Notes under the pieces: generated by a model
Databases searched by the model: none
What the model saw: the letters and a program-made list of their open reading frames with translations, nothing else
What the model was told of the DNA's origin: nothing
Shown here: in pieces, positions 7,608 through 16,814 of the stretch
Layout of the letters: each line of letters starts with the position of its first letter
Numbering within the stretch: position 1 is the first letter of the stretch
From: a virus
Lineage: Duplodnaviria > Caudoviricetes
Virus record (IMG/VR): IMGVR_UViG_3300033406_000008
Span: 1-49,540 of that record
Direction: 5' to 3' (one strand)
DNA length: 49,540 nt
Translations under genes and position numbers: made by a program

Positions 7608-7992
7608 TATCAATTGTCTCCTTTCTCGTCTTTAGTTCGCCTTCCAGCGCTACGATTTCGTCAAGAATTGCATCGGCAGTTGTACTGTCTTTGTTTGCAG
7701 TTGCACCGAACCACGCTTTGCGGTGGCTGTCTCGGTACTCCTCATATTCAGTTGTGAGCGCTTGCTTTCGGGCAAGCTTAAGCTCTGCCGTCGTTGCCTC
7801 CGGCGGCGTGTACTCCACGATCTGCAGCGTAGATAGATCCACGCGGCGTAAACCGTGGTGCGCGATGCAGTCCTTGTACACAGATTCGTCGACTGCGACA
7901 TTCGGCTCAGGTATGGATGCATACGGAATAGAGTTAGGGAAATAACCCCGTATTGTGCCCGAATCGCCATCATAATGTATTCTTACTGTCAC
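7600..7992 (-). CDS. Tail fibre assembly/chaperone-like protein
   Basis: Position right after the tail fibre; IRGYFP..SIPEPNV..YTPP pattern. Confidence 0.6.
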   Translation of the reverse strand: MTVRIHYDGDSGTIRGYFPNSIPYASIPEPNVAVDESVYKDCIAHHGLRRVDLSTLQIVEYTPPEATTAELKLARKQALTTEYEEYRDSHRKAWFGATANKDSTTADAILDEIVALEGELKTRKETIDNE

Positions 7993-8008
7993 TCAATACT
8001 CCCCCTCA

Positions 8009-9085
8009 TTAATGCCCAATGGCAATAAAGTTTGCTTGTATGGATCCTCCGTAGTTGTGGTTAAAAACAAACCCAATGTTCGAAAGATTGCTTGCCATTG
8101 CTGTTGCGTATGCACCCCCGTAATAAATAATCGCGACGATAGCGTCACAGGATACAGGGAAGGCTTCATCAAAAGTGATTATACCCGAGGGGGATGGTAT
8201 ACTGCCCCGCGTACCCAGTTTTAAAATCGTTCCTGTGGGAAAATATTGGGTACGGTCATTAGCTGTTACGCTAAGCCCAAATTGCCCGTAATGCACCGCC
8301 TCGCCCGCAGCAGACCCAGAGGTTAATCCGGTTATTTTGTGGCTCCCCATGGAAATCGCTCCGAGCATCGCCCCACCAGCCAGCGAGAGATATAACCCGC
8401 TCGCGCGCTGGTACCCAGCGCAACCCCAGTTGCCGCTGCCTAAGCTGTAGAACACAGCAATATCTCCCGCTGCGGTCAATATATTAGCAGCTCCCGGCAA
8501 TATCAATGATGTCGCATTGTGTGTCAGCGTCAGCGCACCAGTAAACCGAACGACACGTCTGGTCCCAGCTTGCACAGTTCCCAAGGCCGTGATAGTCGTG
8601 GTCCCCGTCACATCAACAAGGTTTCCGGTTGCTGCTCCGATATTGGTAGTCGCCGCCGACGCAATACTGGCGCCCTGCGCCTCGTTGATAGGGCCGGACA
8701 TGGAGCCGCCGGTTAATGCCAATGCCCTAGAATCTCTTGCAATCCACGTGACCCCACCGTCAGTCACTGTGCTCCCTACGGCCGGACACGTTGGCTCAAC
8801 AGTCCCGCTGGTACCGGCGACGGTACATCCAAGATATCGATGATCAAAGTCGGATGGCAGCCGAACGTCACCGATATCATATGGCGTTGACGCTTGCCAA
8901 AAAAGCGTTGCATTTACATCGTGCAGCGCTTTAATCTTTAGATCTTGATTTTGAAACATGTAATTGAACAGCTCTATCGTCGGCGGAGCGCTCCCCAGAA
9001 AGTCAAACCCTTGCAGATACTGCGAGTCTGTTGGCGCGGATACTCCACCATTAGTGGCAAAAATCTTTGAAAAATCCATATCCAT
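8009..9085 (-). CDS. Tail fibre protein
   Basis: After baseplate genes; WQASTPYDIGD..CTVAGTSG..DGGVTW CBM-like module and C-terminal gp53-like FPTG..ITFDEAFP..AIGH domain. Confidence 0.85.
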   Translation of the reverse strand: MDMDFSKIFATNGGVSAPTDSQYLQGFDFLGSAPPTIELFNYMFQNQDLKIKALHDVNATLFWQASTPYDIGDVRLPSDFDHRYLGCTVAGTSGTVEPTCPAVGSTVTDGGVTWIARDSRALALTGGSMSGPINEAQGASIASAATTNIGAATGNLVDVTGTTTITALGTVQAGTRRVVRFTGALTLTHNATSLILPGAANILTAAGDIAVFYSLGSGNWGCAGYQRASGLYLSLAGGAMLGAISMGSHKITGLTSGSAAGEAVHYGQFGLSVTANDRTQYFPTGTILKLGTRGSIPSPSGIITFDEAFPVSCDAIVAIIYYGGAYATAMASNLSNIGFVFNHNYGGSIQANFIAIGH

Positions 9086-9093
9086 CCCTCCTG

Positions 9094-9756
9094 CTAAAAC
9101 TCTTTGGCCAGAATTCCAGCCCCAAATCCAAGATAACCCTGGTTCTGATTAGAAAAGCCAAACGCGGATCCTGCGATAAAATACGACTTGATTTCAATGC
9201 TTACCCCGCCGGCACGTACTAAAAGATTCAAAGCGTTGGCCATGAGTATCTCCGCTTCCGTCAGTTCTCGTCCAATCGCAATGCGCATTTTGGCATTGCC
9301 GGTTTCTGCGAGTACAATTTTCGCCTGGTACAAACGGTATAGGCTGTCGATCGTGCTTTCAGCCGTTCCATCCGTAGTATTTTTGGCGACCTTCGCCCAG
9401 AGGATCTGCCGATATTCAGCATCGGCCAACTTGGTGCTGGTCAAATACGCTTCGCGAGTCTTCCTGATGCGTCCCTGGTTAAACCCGGTTGTCCCTGTCT
9501 GCCCGTAAAACCCGAAAAAAATAATCGCGATTGCCTGGGATATGGTCCGGCTCTGCTGCACGATCTGGCCGCACCCATCCAGTTGCTGCCCATCGCCCGT
9601 GTCGATCCACCGAAGGTTGCGAAGGTCATCAAAAACGGTCGTAAGTTCATCCATTTCTGAACCTACGGCCGCTAAAACCCCTTTCAACAACGGCGAGCTA
9701 TGGAATTGCATTAGCAGCCGATCTTGCATTTGCTTGCTATAATCTGTGCTACTCAT
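9094..9756 (-). CDS. Baseplate wedge protein (DUF2612-like)
   Basis: IDTGDGQQLDGCGQIV, FFGF, DAEYR..KVAKN; follows the baseplate J gene. Confidence 0.8.
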   Translation of the reverse strand: MSSTDYSKQMQDRLLMQFHSSPLLKGVLAAVGSEMDELTTVFDDLRNLRWIDTGDGQQLDGCGQIVQQSRTISQAIAIIFFGFYGQTGTTGFNQGRIRKTREAYLTSTKLADAEYRQILWAKVAKNTTDGTAESTIDSLYRLYQAKIVLAETGNAKMRIAIGRELTEAEILMANALNLLVRAGGVSIEIKSYFIAGSAFGFSNQNQGYLGFGAGILAKEF

Positions 9757-11177
9757 GAGGACGCCACCGTCACTTCAATATGTGCAGCAGTAAAGATAGC
9801 AACTGCCCGGACCCCGATCGTAATATTCGTCAACGAATAGGTTGTACCATCCGTGGATCCGGTCAATTCGAGATAACTGATTCCGGAAACATTTTGCAAT
9901 ATGTATGCGGCCAGCTTTTGCAATATCACATCATCGCCAACACCTAATGCATTTCCCTGCGCCAGCAAGTAGTCAGCGATTGTCTGCGGCGCATCACCGG
10001 CAAGCCCGACCTCAGTGTGCTCATGTACCACACATTTCAAATAGATCGGCACCTCCGTCGGGCGGTTGAAATGGATTGTATGTTCAACCCCCTGACTATC
10101 CGTTATAATCTCGCTAGTCGCCCCATAAGTATCAATCCCCCCGGCTTTCTTCTTCCAAATCATTGCGGCTATTTCTTCTTCGTCACCGCCTTGGACAACT
10201 GCTTCGATCGAATGAGGAGGACGTCCATCGCTGTCTGTTGTATCCGTTTCATTCTCAAAAACAATTGCAGCAGTGACTCCGTCGACGTTCTCCAGTAAAT
10301 TGGCCTTGATGCTTTCGACCATGGCCGTACCTTCGGCGCTTACCGTCGACGCGTATCGTATCCGCAATTCGATATCGGTTTCAATGTCACGCCCTGGATA
10401 CGCTGCGCTCTCATTCGATACGCCGGTCCATCCGGATATTTGGGTAATGATCGATGTGACCGTCCCGATCGCCGGATCCAGCGCGCCGGTTTCTGTGGCA
10501 TAAAAGACGATTGGGCTGCCGACGCTATTGATTGTCAGATTGTTGGATGCGCTGACCACCGCCCCGTTGATCCGATCGGACTGGGCAAGCGTCAAAATAT
10601 TGTTTTCCACGCTACCGCTCCAGCCAGTCGGCAGTCCGCTGGTCAATGCTACCAGCACTGTGTTGACGGTATCTCCCGTGACAGCAGTATACGAGATGGT
10701 CGTTCCGGCCATCGTCACGCTATAAGTTGATCCAACGGAGACACTGCTTTGCGTCAGCGCCAAGCTGACTGCATTGGAGAGGCTAATCAGGCTCTCTTCA
10801 TACGCCTCATAATAGCTGCTGTCGGTCCCCTGAATCTGTGCTCCCTGCGTAATTGTCGTATTATATGCGCCGTAACAGATGGCATAAATTTTGGTTTTCG
10901 CGGCATTGAGCCGGGTCACACCGGCAAATCCGGCTGAACTGTCGAAGCTAGTACCGGTTGCTGTGTTTGGGTACATGGCATTATAGATATCTTCAGCCAC
11001 TTGCCATAGGTCATCAAACGCTGCAGCCTCGACCCCGACAAGCTGTCCAATCACGCTATTGGCCTTGGTGCTGATCGCCACGCCGAAAGCTGCAGCTAAG
11101 TTCGTTTCAAGATCTGATTTGATTTCTGTTAGGCGTTTTCGCACAAACCCGTTGACTGTTACCCCATAATCACTCAT
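9753..11177 (-). CDS. Baseplate J/gp47 family protein
   Basis: YGVTVNGF, GRDIETDIELRIR, ENET..PPHSIEAVVQGG. Confidence 0.9.
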   Translation of the reverse strand: MSDYGVTVNGFVRKRLTEIKSDLETNLAAAFGVAISTKANSVIGQLVGVEAAAFDDLWQVAEDIYNAMYPNTATGTSFDSSAGFAGVTRLNAAKTKIYAICYGAYNTTITQGAQIQGTDSSYYEAYEESLISLSNAVSLALTQSSVSVGSTYSVTMAGTTISYTAVTGDTVNTVLVALTSGLPTGWSGSVENNILTLAQSDRINGAVVSASNNLTINSVGSPIVFYATETGALDPAIGTVTSIITQISGWTGVSNESAAYPGRDIETDIELRIRYASTVSAEGTAMVESIKANLLENVDGVTAAIVFENETDTTDSDGRPPHSIEAVVQGGDEEEIAAMIWKKKAGGIDTYGATSEIITDSQGVEHTIHFNRPTEVPIYLKCVVHEHTEVGLAGDAPQTIADYLLAQGNALGVGDDVILQKLAAYILQNVSGISYLELTGSTDGTTYSLTNITIGVRAVAIFTAAHIEVTVASS

Positions 11178-11538
11178 ATCCCAGCACCTCCAGTCGTGTC
11201 ACAAGGCCATATGTAGTTTCCGCGGTATACTCAACGCTTAGAGTCCTATTTTTTCGATCAAGAGACAACGTGAGGTCCGTGACCGCTGAGACATCGTCGA
11301 CTTCACTGATGTGCTGTCGCAAGATACTGCGGATATGATTCATATTCGGGTCCTTTACCAAGATGTATTCAAAATACGGCACGCCATCGCTGGTGTCTAG
11401 AAACCATTCGGCTAAAAAGAACTTGAGCTTGATCTGTATTTGTTGCGCGACTCGCTCGGCATTATCGATCAACAAGAGGTCGCGGTCGGAGGTAATAACC
11501 AGATCATGCGTTCCAATTTGCAATGCAATGTCAACCAT
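11170..11538 (-). CDS. Baseplate protein (gp25/gp46-like)
   Basis: FLAEWFLDTSDGVPY motif; located between spike and J genes. Confidence 0.8.
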   Translation of the reverse strand: MVDIALQIGTHDLVITSDRDLLLIDNAERVAQQIQIKLKFFLAEWFLDTSDGVPYFEYILVKDPNMNHIRSILRQHISEVDDVSAVTDLTLSLDRKNRTLSVEYTAETTYGLVTRLEVLGYE

Positions 11539-11553
11539 GCGATACCTCCTTTA

Positions 11554-12060
11554 TCAGCCGTGCGTTACGGCTCCCGAAACGACCAGGTTCCCGGTAATAT
11601 TTACATTGCCGGTTATTCCGATCGGTCCATTTTCCGGCACGCTGATTTTGTTGCCTCCGTGCGTGATCTCAATCGCATCATTACTGTGTGACCGGGAAGG
11701 TTTCATCCCCACAAAGCACATTGCATCGGTCAAATCAAATTTGCGCGGATCCTCAGACTCTCCACCGAGCAACCAATCGTCGATCGAGCGTTCGGCGAAT
11801 ATGATGCAGCAGTCGTCGCCAGTCTTGACGGGATACGTGATCGAGGCACTGCCGCCGGTCGGGAAATAGACAGGGACATTGACAATCACGGGCGCATCCA
11901 GGACACGCCCGTCCTCGACCTTGTATTTTAATGATGGCTGCACACTGGCCAGGCCGCCTGCATAGCCGACGATTTTCCCCGGCGCAGCCGTGTGGATCCC
12001 GGCTATTTTCCCATCAATTTGGCCAATAATTGCTTGCATAAACCCGTTACTGCTGCTCAT
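11554..12060 (-). CDS. Baseplate spike (Gp138-like N-terminal OB domain)
   Basis: HTAAPGKIV, VPVYFP.GG..ITYPV.GD.C.IIFAERSID.W. Confidence 0.85.
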   Translation of the reverse strand: MSSSNGFMQAIIGQIDGKIAGIHTAAPGKIVGYAGGLASVQPSLKYKVEDGRVLDAPVIVNVPVYFPTGGSASITYPVKTGDDCCIIFAERSIDDWLLGGESEDPRKFDLTDAMCFVGMKPSRSHSNDAIEITHGGNKISVPENGPIGITGNVNITGNLVVSGAVTHG

Positions 12061-12956
12061 GAGCTCACCAACTCTATCAACTCCATTTCGGAGTACCATT
12101 CCTTTCCGTGCGTATCGCCCTTATGTTTTAGAGATTCAACCCTAAACCAGCCCGTAATTGGCACCGATTCAACTTTTACCAAGTCACCCGGGTTGACAGT
12201 CGGCGCCAAAAGCGTTTTGATCTTCCATCCGGCTTTTTTGCGTTTTTTATCTTTCTTGACCTTGCGCTTTTTTTTGGCTTCCTCGTCCGGACGGGTTACC
12301 GCCTTAACGATTCGTTCCGGGCTGCCTATCAAGCCACTGGAAGCTGAAAACACCAATGCCTGCACTCCTGTGCTTCCACCAGCCATGACCACCTGCAAAC
12401 TGCCGTTCTGGATGCTCCATGTGGCGCCGGATGCGTCAAGGATTTTACTCAGACAGTCCTTACCTTTTCCGAGGAAGGAAAACCCGGCCGGATACGTTGC
12501 GAACTCCATATCCGGAGCAATCTGAGTGGTGACGCCCATCTGCGCGGCCACGTCATTTACTACGGCTTTCGCGCTCACTCCGGCTGCATATCCGAGAGAT
12601 ACAACCGTGTCGCGGATCGATGCCTGCCCGTCCGAAAGTTCCAGTTCGGTGGATCTGTTCGGACCCTCATTTCGGGTTGTTGAATAGGTGACTTGTCCCA
12701 AAAAGATACGCCGAAGACCAATGTCCTCGGCGTATCCGACTTGCAATTCACAGACCATGTCTGCAACTTCGAGTTTTTCACAGCTCGCATCAGCTAGATT
12801 GTAAATTTTAATTGAGCTCTTATTGGTCTGCTGCGTCAGATCCTTGTCGATGTCAAACTCAATGCGCAGACTGTCATTTTTACCATCAGATTCGATCTGT
12901 ATCCCTTCGCCGCCTTCTTCGCCAGCGATCAGTTTAAAGATGCGATTAAACTGCAT
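12057..12956 (-). CDS. Baseplate hub protein
   Basis: IKIYNL, L.VGY, WSIQNG, GLIGSP, H.GDTHG..WYS; precedes the spike. Confidence 0.8.
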   Translation of the reverse strand: MQFNRIFKLIAGEEGGEGIQIESDGKNDSLRIEFDIDKDLTQQTNKSSIKIYNLADASCEKLEVADMVCELQVGYAEDIGLRRIFLGQVTYSTTRNEGPNRSTELELSDGQASIRDTVVSLGYAAGVSAKAVVNDVAAQMGVTTQIAPDMEFATYPAGFSFLGKGKDCLSKILDASGATWSIQNGSLQVVMAGGSTGVQALVFSASSGLIGSPERIVKAVTRPDEEAKKKRKVKKDKKRKKAGWKIKTLLAPTVNPGDLVKVESVPITGWFRVESLKHKGDTHGKEWYSEMELIELVSS

Positions 12957-13275
12957 TGACCTCATCCTCCGTCACATACACAAGGACAACCTTGCTGTCG
13001 GCAAAATCATTACGACCGATGCTGTCCAGCGTATCATCCTGGGTGATGACCATTAGTTCGCCGGGAGGCAAGTTCGGTCGGTGATACTGCCGAAGCAGCG
13101 GATAGTTCGGCACGACTTTGATCCCTTCGAGCAACGAGACATCGGCTTCGGATCTTACGCTCAGCGTCCAATATCCTCCGGATGGATTCCAGAGCATGCG
13201 CAGTTTATATTTTGTGCCGTCCAGTGTCACCTTGAATACGATGTCGTTGGCGTCGGAAAACACTATATCTTGCAC
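12946..13275 (-). CDS. Baseplate plug/adaptor-like protein
   Basis: VTLDGTKYKLRMLWN..W; GTG start with GGGGTG SD. Confidence 0.7.
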   Translation of the reverse strand: MQDIVFSDANDIVFKVTLDGTKYKLRMLWNPSGGYWTLSVRSEADVSLLEGIKVVPNYPLLRQYHRPNLPPGELMVITQDDTLDSIGRNDFADSKVVLVYVTEDEVNAV

Positions 13276-13279
13276 ATCA

Positions 13280-13888
13280 TCACCCCGTAATCCCTTTAAG
13301 AATTGATTTGCGCTTCGTTGTTGTTGCTGTAGAGCTATCGGTCTGCGTCGAATCGCCGCCATCTTTGTTGGTTTCTCCGGCGCTATCTTTCACATCGGCA
13401 GTAACCAGGCCTTCCGGGATATCGGCGCTCTTTACTGACACCTTCCTGATCTGCACGAATTCACATGGGATCCTGAGCAGGTTTTTGTTTTCGATGTTTC
13501 GAGGAAAGGCGGCCGATACCATTACCATGTTGGAATAGATATCGGTCGGGGTGATAATGGTGATCGGTTGCGCGTCTTTATAGATGCGCTTGAACTCCAT
13601 GAGTGCATTGACGACCTTGTCTTCTTTCTGTCCCAATTTATCGAGCCAAGTCACCGGGCTCTGAGTAATGCCAACAACCATCGACAGCTTGATCGGCTTC
13701 CGGATGACGTGATCGGCAACCGGAAAACCATCTTCGACAGGGTGTTCGCAAACCTCGGATTCGAGTTTATGCTCCTGCTCGACCAGTATATCCAGTTCTA
13801 TACTGTCAATTTTGCTCGGGGTCGTCAGCGATGGCCAGAAGATACTGCCCTTTTTCTCAGTGGTAGCAGTTGTGGTTTTGTCGGCCAC
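13280..13888 (-). CDS. Distal tail/tube-initiator-like baseplate protein
   Basis: E.H..ESEVCEHPVEDG...ADH motif directly after the tape measure gene. Confidence 0.75.
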   Translation of the reverse strand: MADKTTTATTEKKGSIFWPSLTTPSKIDSIELDILVEQEHKLESEVCEHPVEDGFPVADHVIRKPIKLSMVVGITQSPVTWLDKLGQKEDKVVNALMEFKRIYKDAQPITIITPTDIYSNMVMVSAAFPRNIENKNLLRIPCEFVQIRKVSVKSADIPEGLVTADVKDSAGETNKDGGDSTQTDSSTATTTKRKSILKGITG

Positions 13889-13902
13889 TTGTCAGGCCTC
13901 CT

Positions 13903-15672
13903 TTAGGCTGGCGCAAAATCCAGAGCCCTTGTCATTTTCCCGAGAGCATCCGTAGTCGCGCTTGCCGTTGATTCCCCGATCGCGCCAGGCTGCAAATTTA
14001 CGCCGGCATTGTTTTGCTCAATATGGACAGTTTGATTTACGACAACCGGTCCACCGCTTCCCCCACCACCAACAACCGCAGGAGAAAGTCCTCCTAGGTT
14101 GCCACCAATGCCCATTGCAAACCAACGTTGAAATCCTTTCTCCACTTCCCCCATCTTGGGAATTAGCCATCTGTCGATAGAACTACAGATCGAAATAATA
14201 AAATCTTCCGCCACTTTGGAAAAGCTCATTAAAAACTTCAATGCCGACTCTATGGCTCCTGAAAAATTTCCATCGAACAGTTGGCGCCAGGAAATGACGG
14301 CTTGTGTCATGATTTCCACAATGCCTGTCGCCCACGAAAAAGATTTTGCTGCATACCGGCTTCCGGCTATGCCTAGAGGACCGTCTTTTTCTGTGTCGGC
14401 ATTTTTACCGTCAAGGTCTCTTTCGTAGTATGGCTTTCCAGCGATACCCATAGGCTCTTTTCTCAAACCCATGATCAGCATTGCTTCGTTATATGCGGAA
14501 AATGTTTTTTCTATAGATGCCCCAAGTTCTTTCATCGCCTGAGTGAGTGGTCCAATCGTGGCATCCAATCGCCTTTTAAACTCATCCCATGGCCCCAGGA
14601 AGTCGCCGATCACGCTATCGCCATCATTCATCCATACATACACATCTTCCAGCGCCAAGCCTATCGCTGCAATTGCTGCGGCAATTGCAAGGAATTTCCA
14701 CCCTATCGGAGACAGAAAAAACAGAGTCAATGCTTCCTTAAGCAACGTAAGCCCTTTCGCAATAGCCGCCCACTTAATAACAACCAAGGCGGTACCGAAT
14801 GCCGTGGCCAGTATTGTCGCCGCTTTCATCACATTTCCATACCCACCAACCTTTTTGGACAGAGCTTCAATCCTGTCGCCGATCCAGTCGGCGGACTTTA
14901 CGATCCCACCTGCAATCGCCTGAAAAACGCTCGTTTCCTTGTTCAGATTGAAGATCAGTTTGCCAATCCGATTCATTGCATAAGTGACGGATTGTGCGAT
15001 GGTCACCGGCATTTTTCCGAATTCTTTATCCATCTTAGTTTTCGCCTTCAAGATAGCCTTGAATATTCCTTCGGCGGTAAGTGCTCCCTGTGCACCCATA
15101 TCCTTCAATTTGCCAATTGTCACGCCGTAATAATCGGCGATGGCCTGGAATAACAGCGGCGCGTTCTCAGAGATTGACCGGAGTTCATCTCCGGCCAGGC
15201 GTCCAGAGGCCAAAGCCTGCCCAAGCTGCAGGATAGTCGCTTTCGCTTCTGTAGTACTCGCGCCCCCGATAACCAGTGCCTTATTTACTGTTTCGGTCGC
15301 ATTCAAAACATCCTGCTGGGTGGCTCCCAATTCTTTCGAGTTGCGGGCCATTTTCACATACAGATCGGCGGTCGTTCCATATTCCTGCCGGGTTAGCTGT
15401 GCGATCTCATAGACTTTTTCCTGCATCGCTGCCTGCTCAGCAGTGCTTTTGGTCACCAGCCCGATTCGGGAATACATATTGGTCCATTCATCGGCCGCCT
15501 GAATGATTTCACGGGTACCCAGCACAACGCCAATAATTGTGGCCAGTTTTCCAAAAGCTCCGACAGCGGCACTGGCATGGGATTTAAGTTTTTCGATTCC
15601 TTGATCGGCTTGGTTCAGTTTTGCCTGATCAACGTTAAACCCAAGCCCGACCACTAGTTCGCGAAGCATCAC
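13903..15672 (-). CDS. Tape measure protein (589 aa)
   Basis: LQLGQALASGRL.GDELRSISENAP tape-measure domain; central hydrophobic segments. Confidence 0.9.
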   Translation of the reverse strand: MMLRELVVGLGFNVDQAKLNQADQGIEKLKSHASAAVGAFGKLATIIGVVLGTREIIQAADEWTNMYSRIGLVTKSTAEQAAMQEKVYEIAQLTRQEYGTTADLYVKMARNSKELGATQQDVLNATETVNKALVIGGASTTEAKATILQLGQALASGRLAGDELRSISENAPLLFQAIADYYGVTIGKLKDMGAQGALTAEGIFKAILKAKTKMDKEFGKMPVTIAQSVTYAMNRIGKLIFNLNKETSVFQAIAGGIVKSADWIGDRIEALSKKVGGYGNVMKAATILATAFGTALVVIKWAAIAKGLTLLKEALTLFFLSPIGWKFLAIAAAIAAIGLALEDVYVWMNDGDSVIGDFLGPWDEFKRRLDATIGPLTQAMKELGASIEKTFSAYNEAMLIMGLRKEPMGIAGKPYYERDLDGKNADTEKDGPLGIAGSRYAAKSFSWATGIVEIMTQAVISWRQLFDGNFSGAIESALKFLMSFSKVAEDFIISICSSIDRWLIPKMGEVEKGFQRWFAMGIGGNLGGLSPAVVGGGGSGGPVVVNQTVHIEQNNAGVNLQPGAIGESTASATTDALGKMTRALDFAPA

Positions 15673-15675
15673 TGC

Positions 15676-15894
15676 TTATGCGCCGCCTTTCTTTGATTCT
15701 TTCTGTGCATCATCCACTGCCTGTTGTTGAATATCGCTCTGCATGTCCAGCAGAGCGTTCAACTTCTGCAGATCAACTAAGGTATAGACTCCGGATTTCA
15801 CTTCTTCCAGTCGACATTTTCCGGCAAGGATTGGCCTCCAGATCAGGAGTTCGTTTTCCAGATCCGGACGTAACGTCCCTGGGATTGTTACGTT
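15676..15894 (-). CDS. -1 frame extension of the tail assembly chaperone (gpGT-like)
   Basis: 72-codon open -1 frame (NVTIPGTLRPDLENELLIWRPILAGKCRLEEVKSGVYTLVDLQKLNALLDMQ...) entered from slippery G GGA AAA at 15900-15894. Confidence 0.8.
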   Translation of the reverse strand, partial: NVTIPGTLRPDLENELLIWRPILAGKCRLEEVKSGVYTLVDLQKLNALLDMQSDIQQQAVDDAQKESKKGGA

Positions 15895-16364
15895 TTTCCC
15901 TCGTCGGTTGCTGATCCAGAATCCGGCATCACCGGAAGCATTTGAAAAAAATCAGCATAATTCACCCGCAACACCTGCCACGCCAGCTCAAGCATCCCTT
16001 TTAGGTTGCCTTGGTATAGTTCCGTCAACCTGGCCTTGTCGAGCTTCTCTGCCGATTTTCCATTACGTGCTACGGCAATATACTCCGTGTTCAAAACCCG
16101 CTGCAACATATTCGTCAAATTTGTGCCATTAATGGCTGCCGACAACGTTGCAAGGCCATTCCCAAAGTCGATATTTTTCTTTAACAACATGGCCAATGTA
16201 AGATTCGACTTGTCTTCTTGTGAAAACTCGGTTTTGTTGAAAGCGGCGCCGACCGCTGGAAGAAATGTCTTTTGCAAATCTCCTAGCAGGTCCAGCGCCT
16301 TGAACGGATCCATCGGCCTGATATAGAAGGTGTTATCCCCCTGGGTAAATTCGGTTGAGCCCAT
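15888..16364 (-). CDS. Tail assembly chaperone (gpG-like)
   Basis: Between tube and tape measure; ends NYADFF..DEGKT with slippery heptamers. Confidence 0.82.
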   Translation of the reverse strand: MGSTEFTQGDNTFYIRPMDPFKALDLLGDLQKTFLPAVGAAFNKTEFSQEDKSNLTLAMLLKKNIDFGNGLATLSAAINGTNLTNMLQRVLNTEYIAVARNGKSAEKLDKARLTELYQGNLKGMLELAWQVLRVNYADFFQMLPVMPDSGSATDEGKT

Positions 16365-16798
16365 TAGTCATGACCTCCTGGGAATAATGTTCCGCCGGCA
16401 GTATGGATTGTCCATTCTTGTGATCCGTCTGCTGCGTTGTTGGTCCGATTAGTTTCTGGATTGTTGACGATCCACGCCAAACTGTCGTAAAAGGTCATGC
16501 GCCCAGAAAGATCTTTGATCACGAGCGGCAGCACACCGTCGCCAACAGATTTATCTCTCGCGTGTACCACCGCAAGCAAATCATTGCTACTGGATGACTG
16601 CAACAGATTGATCGTGGCCTCATGCCTGCCATCTGGACTGATTGTCCGGACAACGTCTCCGTGAGCTCCAACAATGTCGCCGATACCCTCGCTCATGGGC
16701 TTTATCTTGATAATGCTATTCTCTGCAAATCCGGTGATTTCGATGCCACCGAAGAGCACAATAACTTTTTTGGGATTGTATGTTCCTAATTCTGGCAA
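16364..16798 (-). CDS. Tail tube protein (DUF3277-like)
   Basis: TYNPKKV, ITGFA, VGAHG, LLQSS.SN; follows the sheath gene. Confidence 0.85.
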   Translation of the reverse strand: MPELGTYNPKKVIVLFGGIEITGFAENSIIKIKPMSEGIGDIVGAHGDVVRTISPDGRHEATINLLQSSSSNDLLAVVHARDKSVGDGVLPLVIKDLSGRMTFYDSLAWIVNNPETNRTNNAADGSQEWTIHTAGGTLFPGGHD

Positions 16799-16814
16799 TC
16801 TTTACACCCCCTTT

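Noticed and set aside
8009-9085. Diversity-generating retroelement or invertible tail-fibre cassette
   Set aside because: No reverse transcriptase, invertase or duplicated variable region seen
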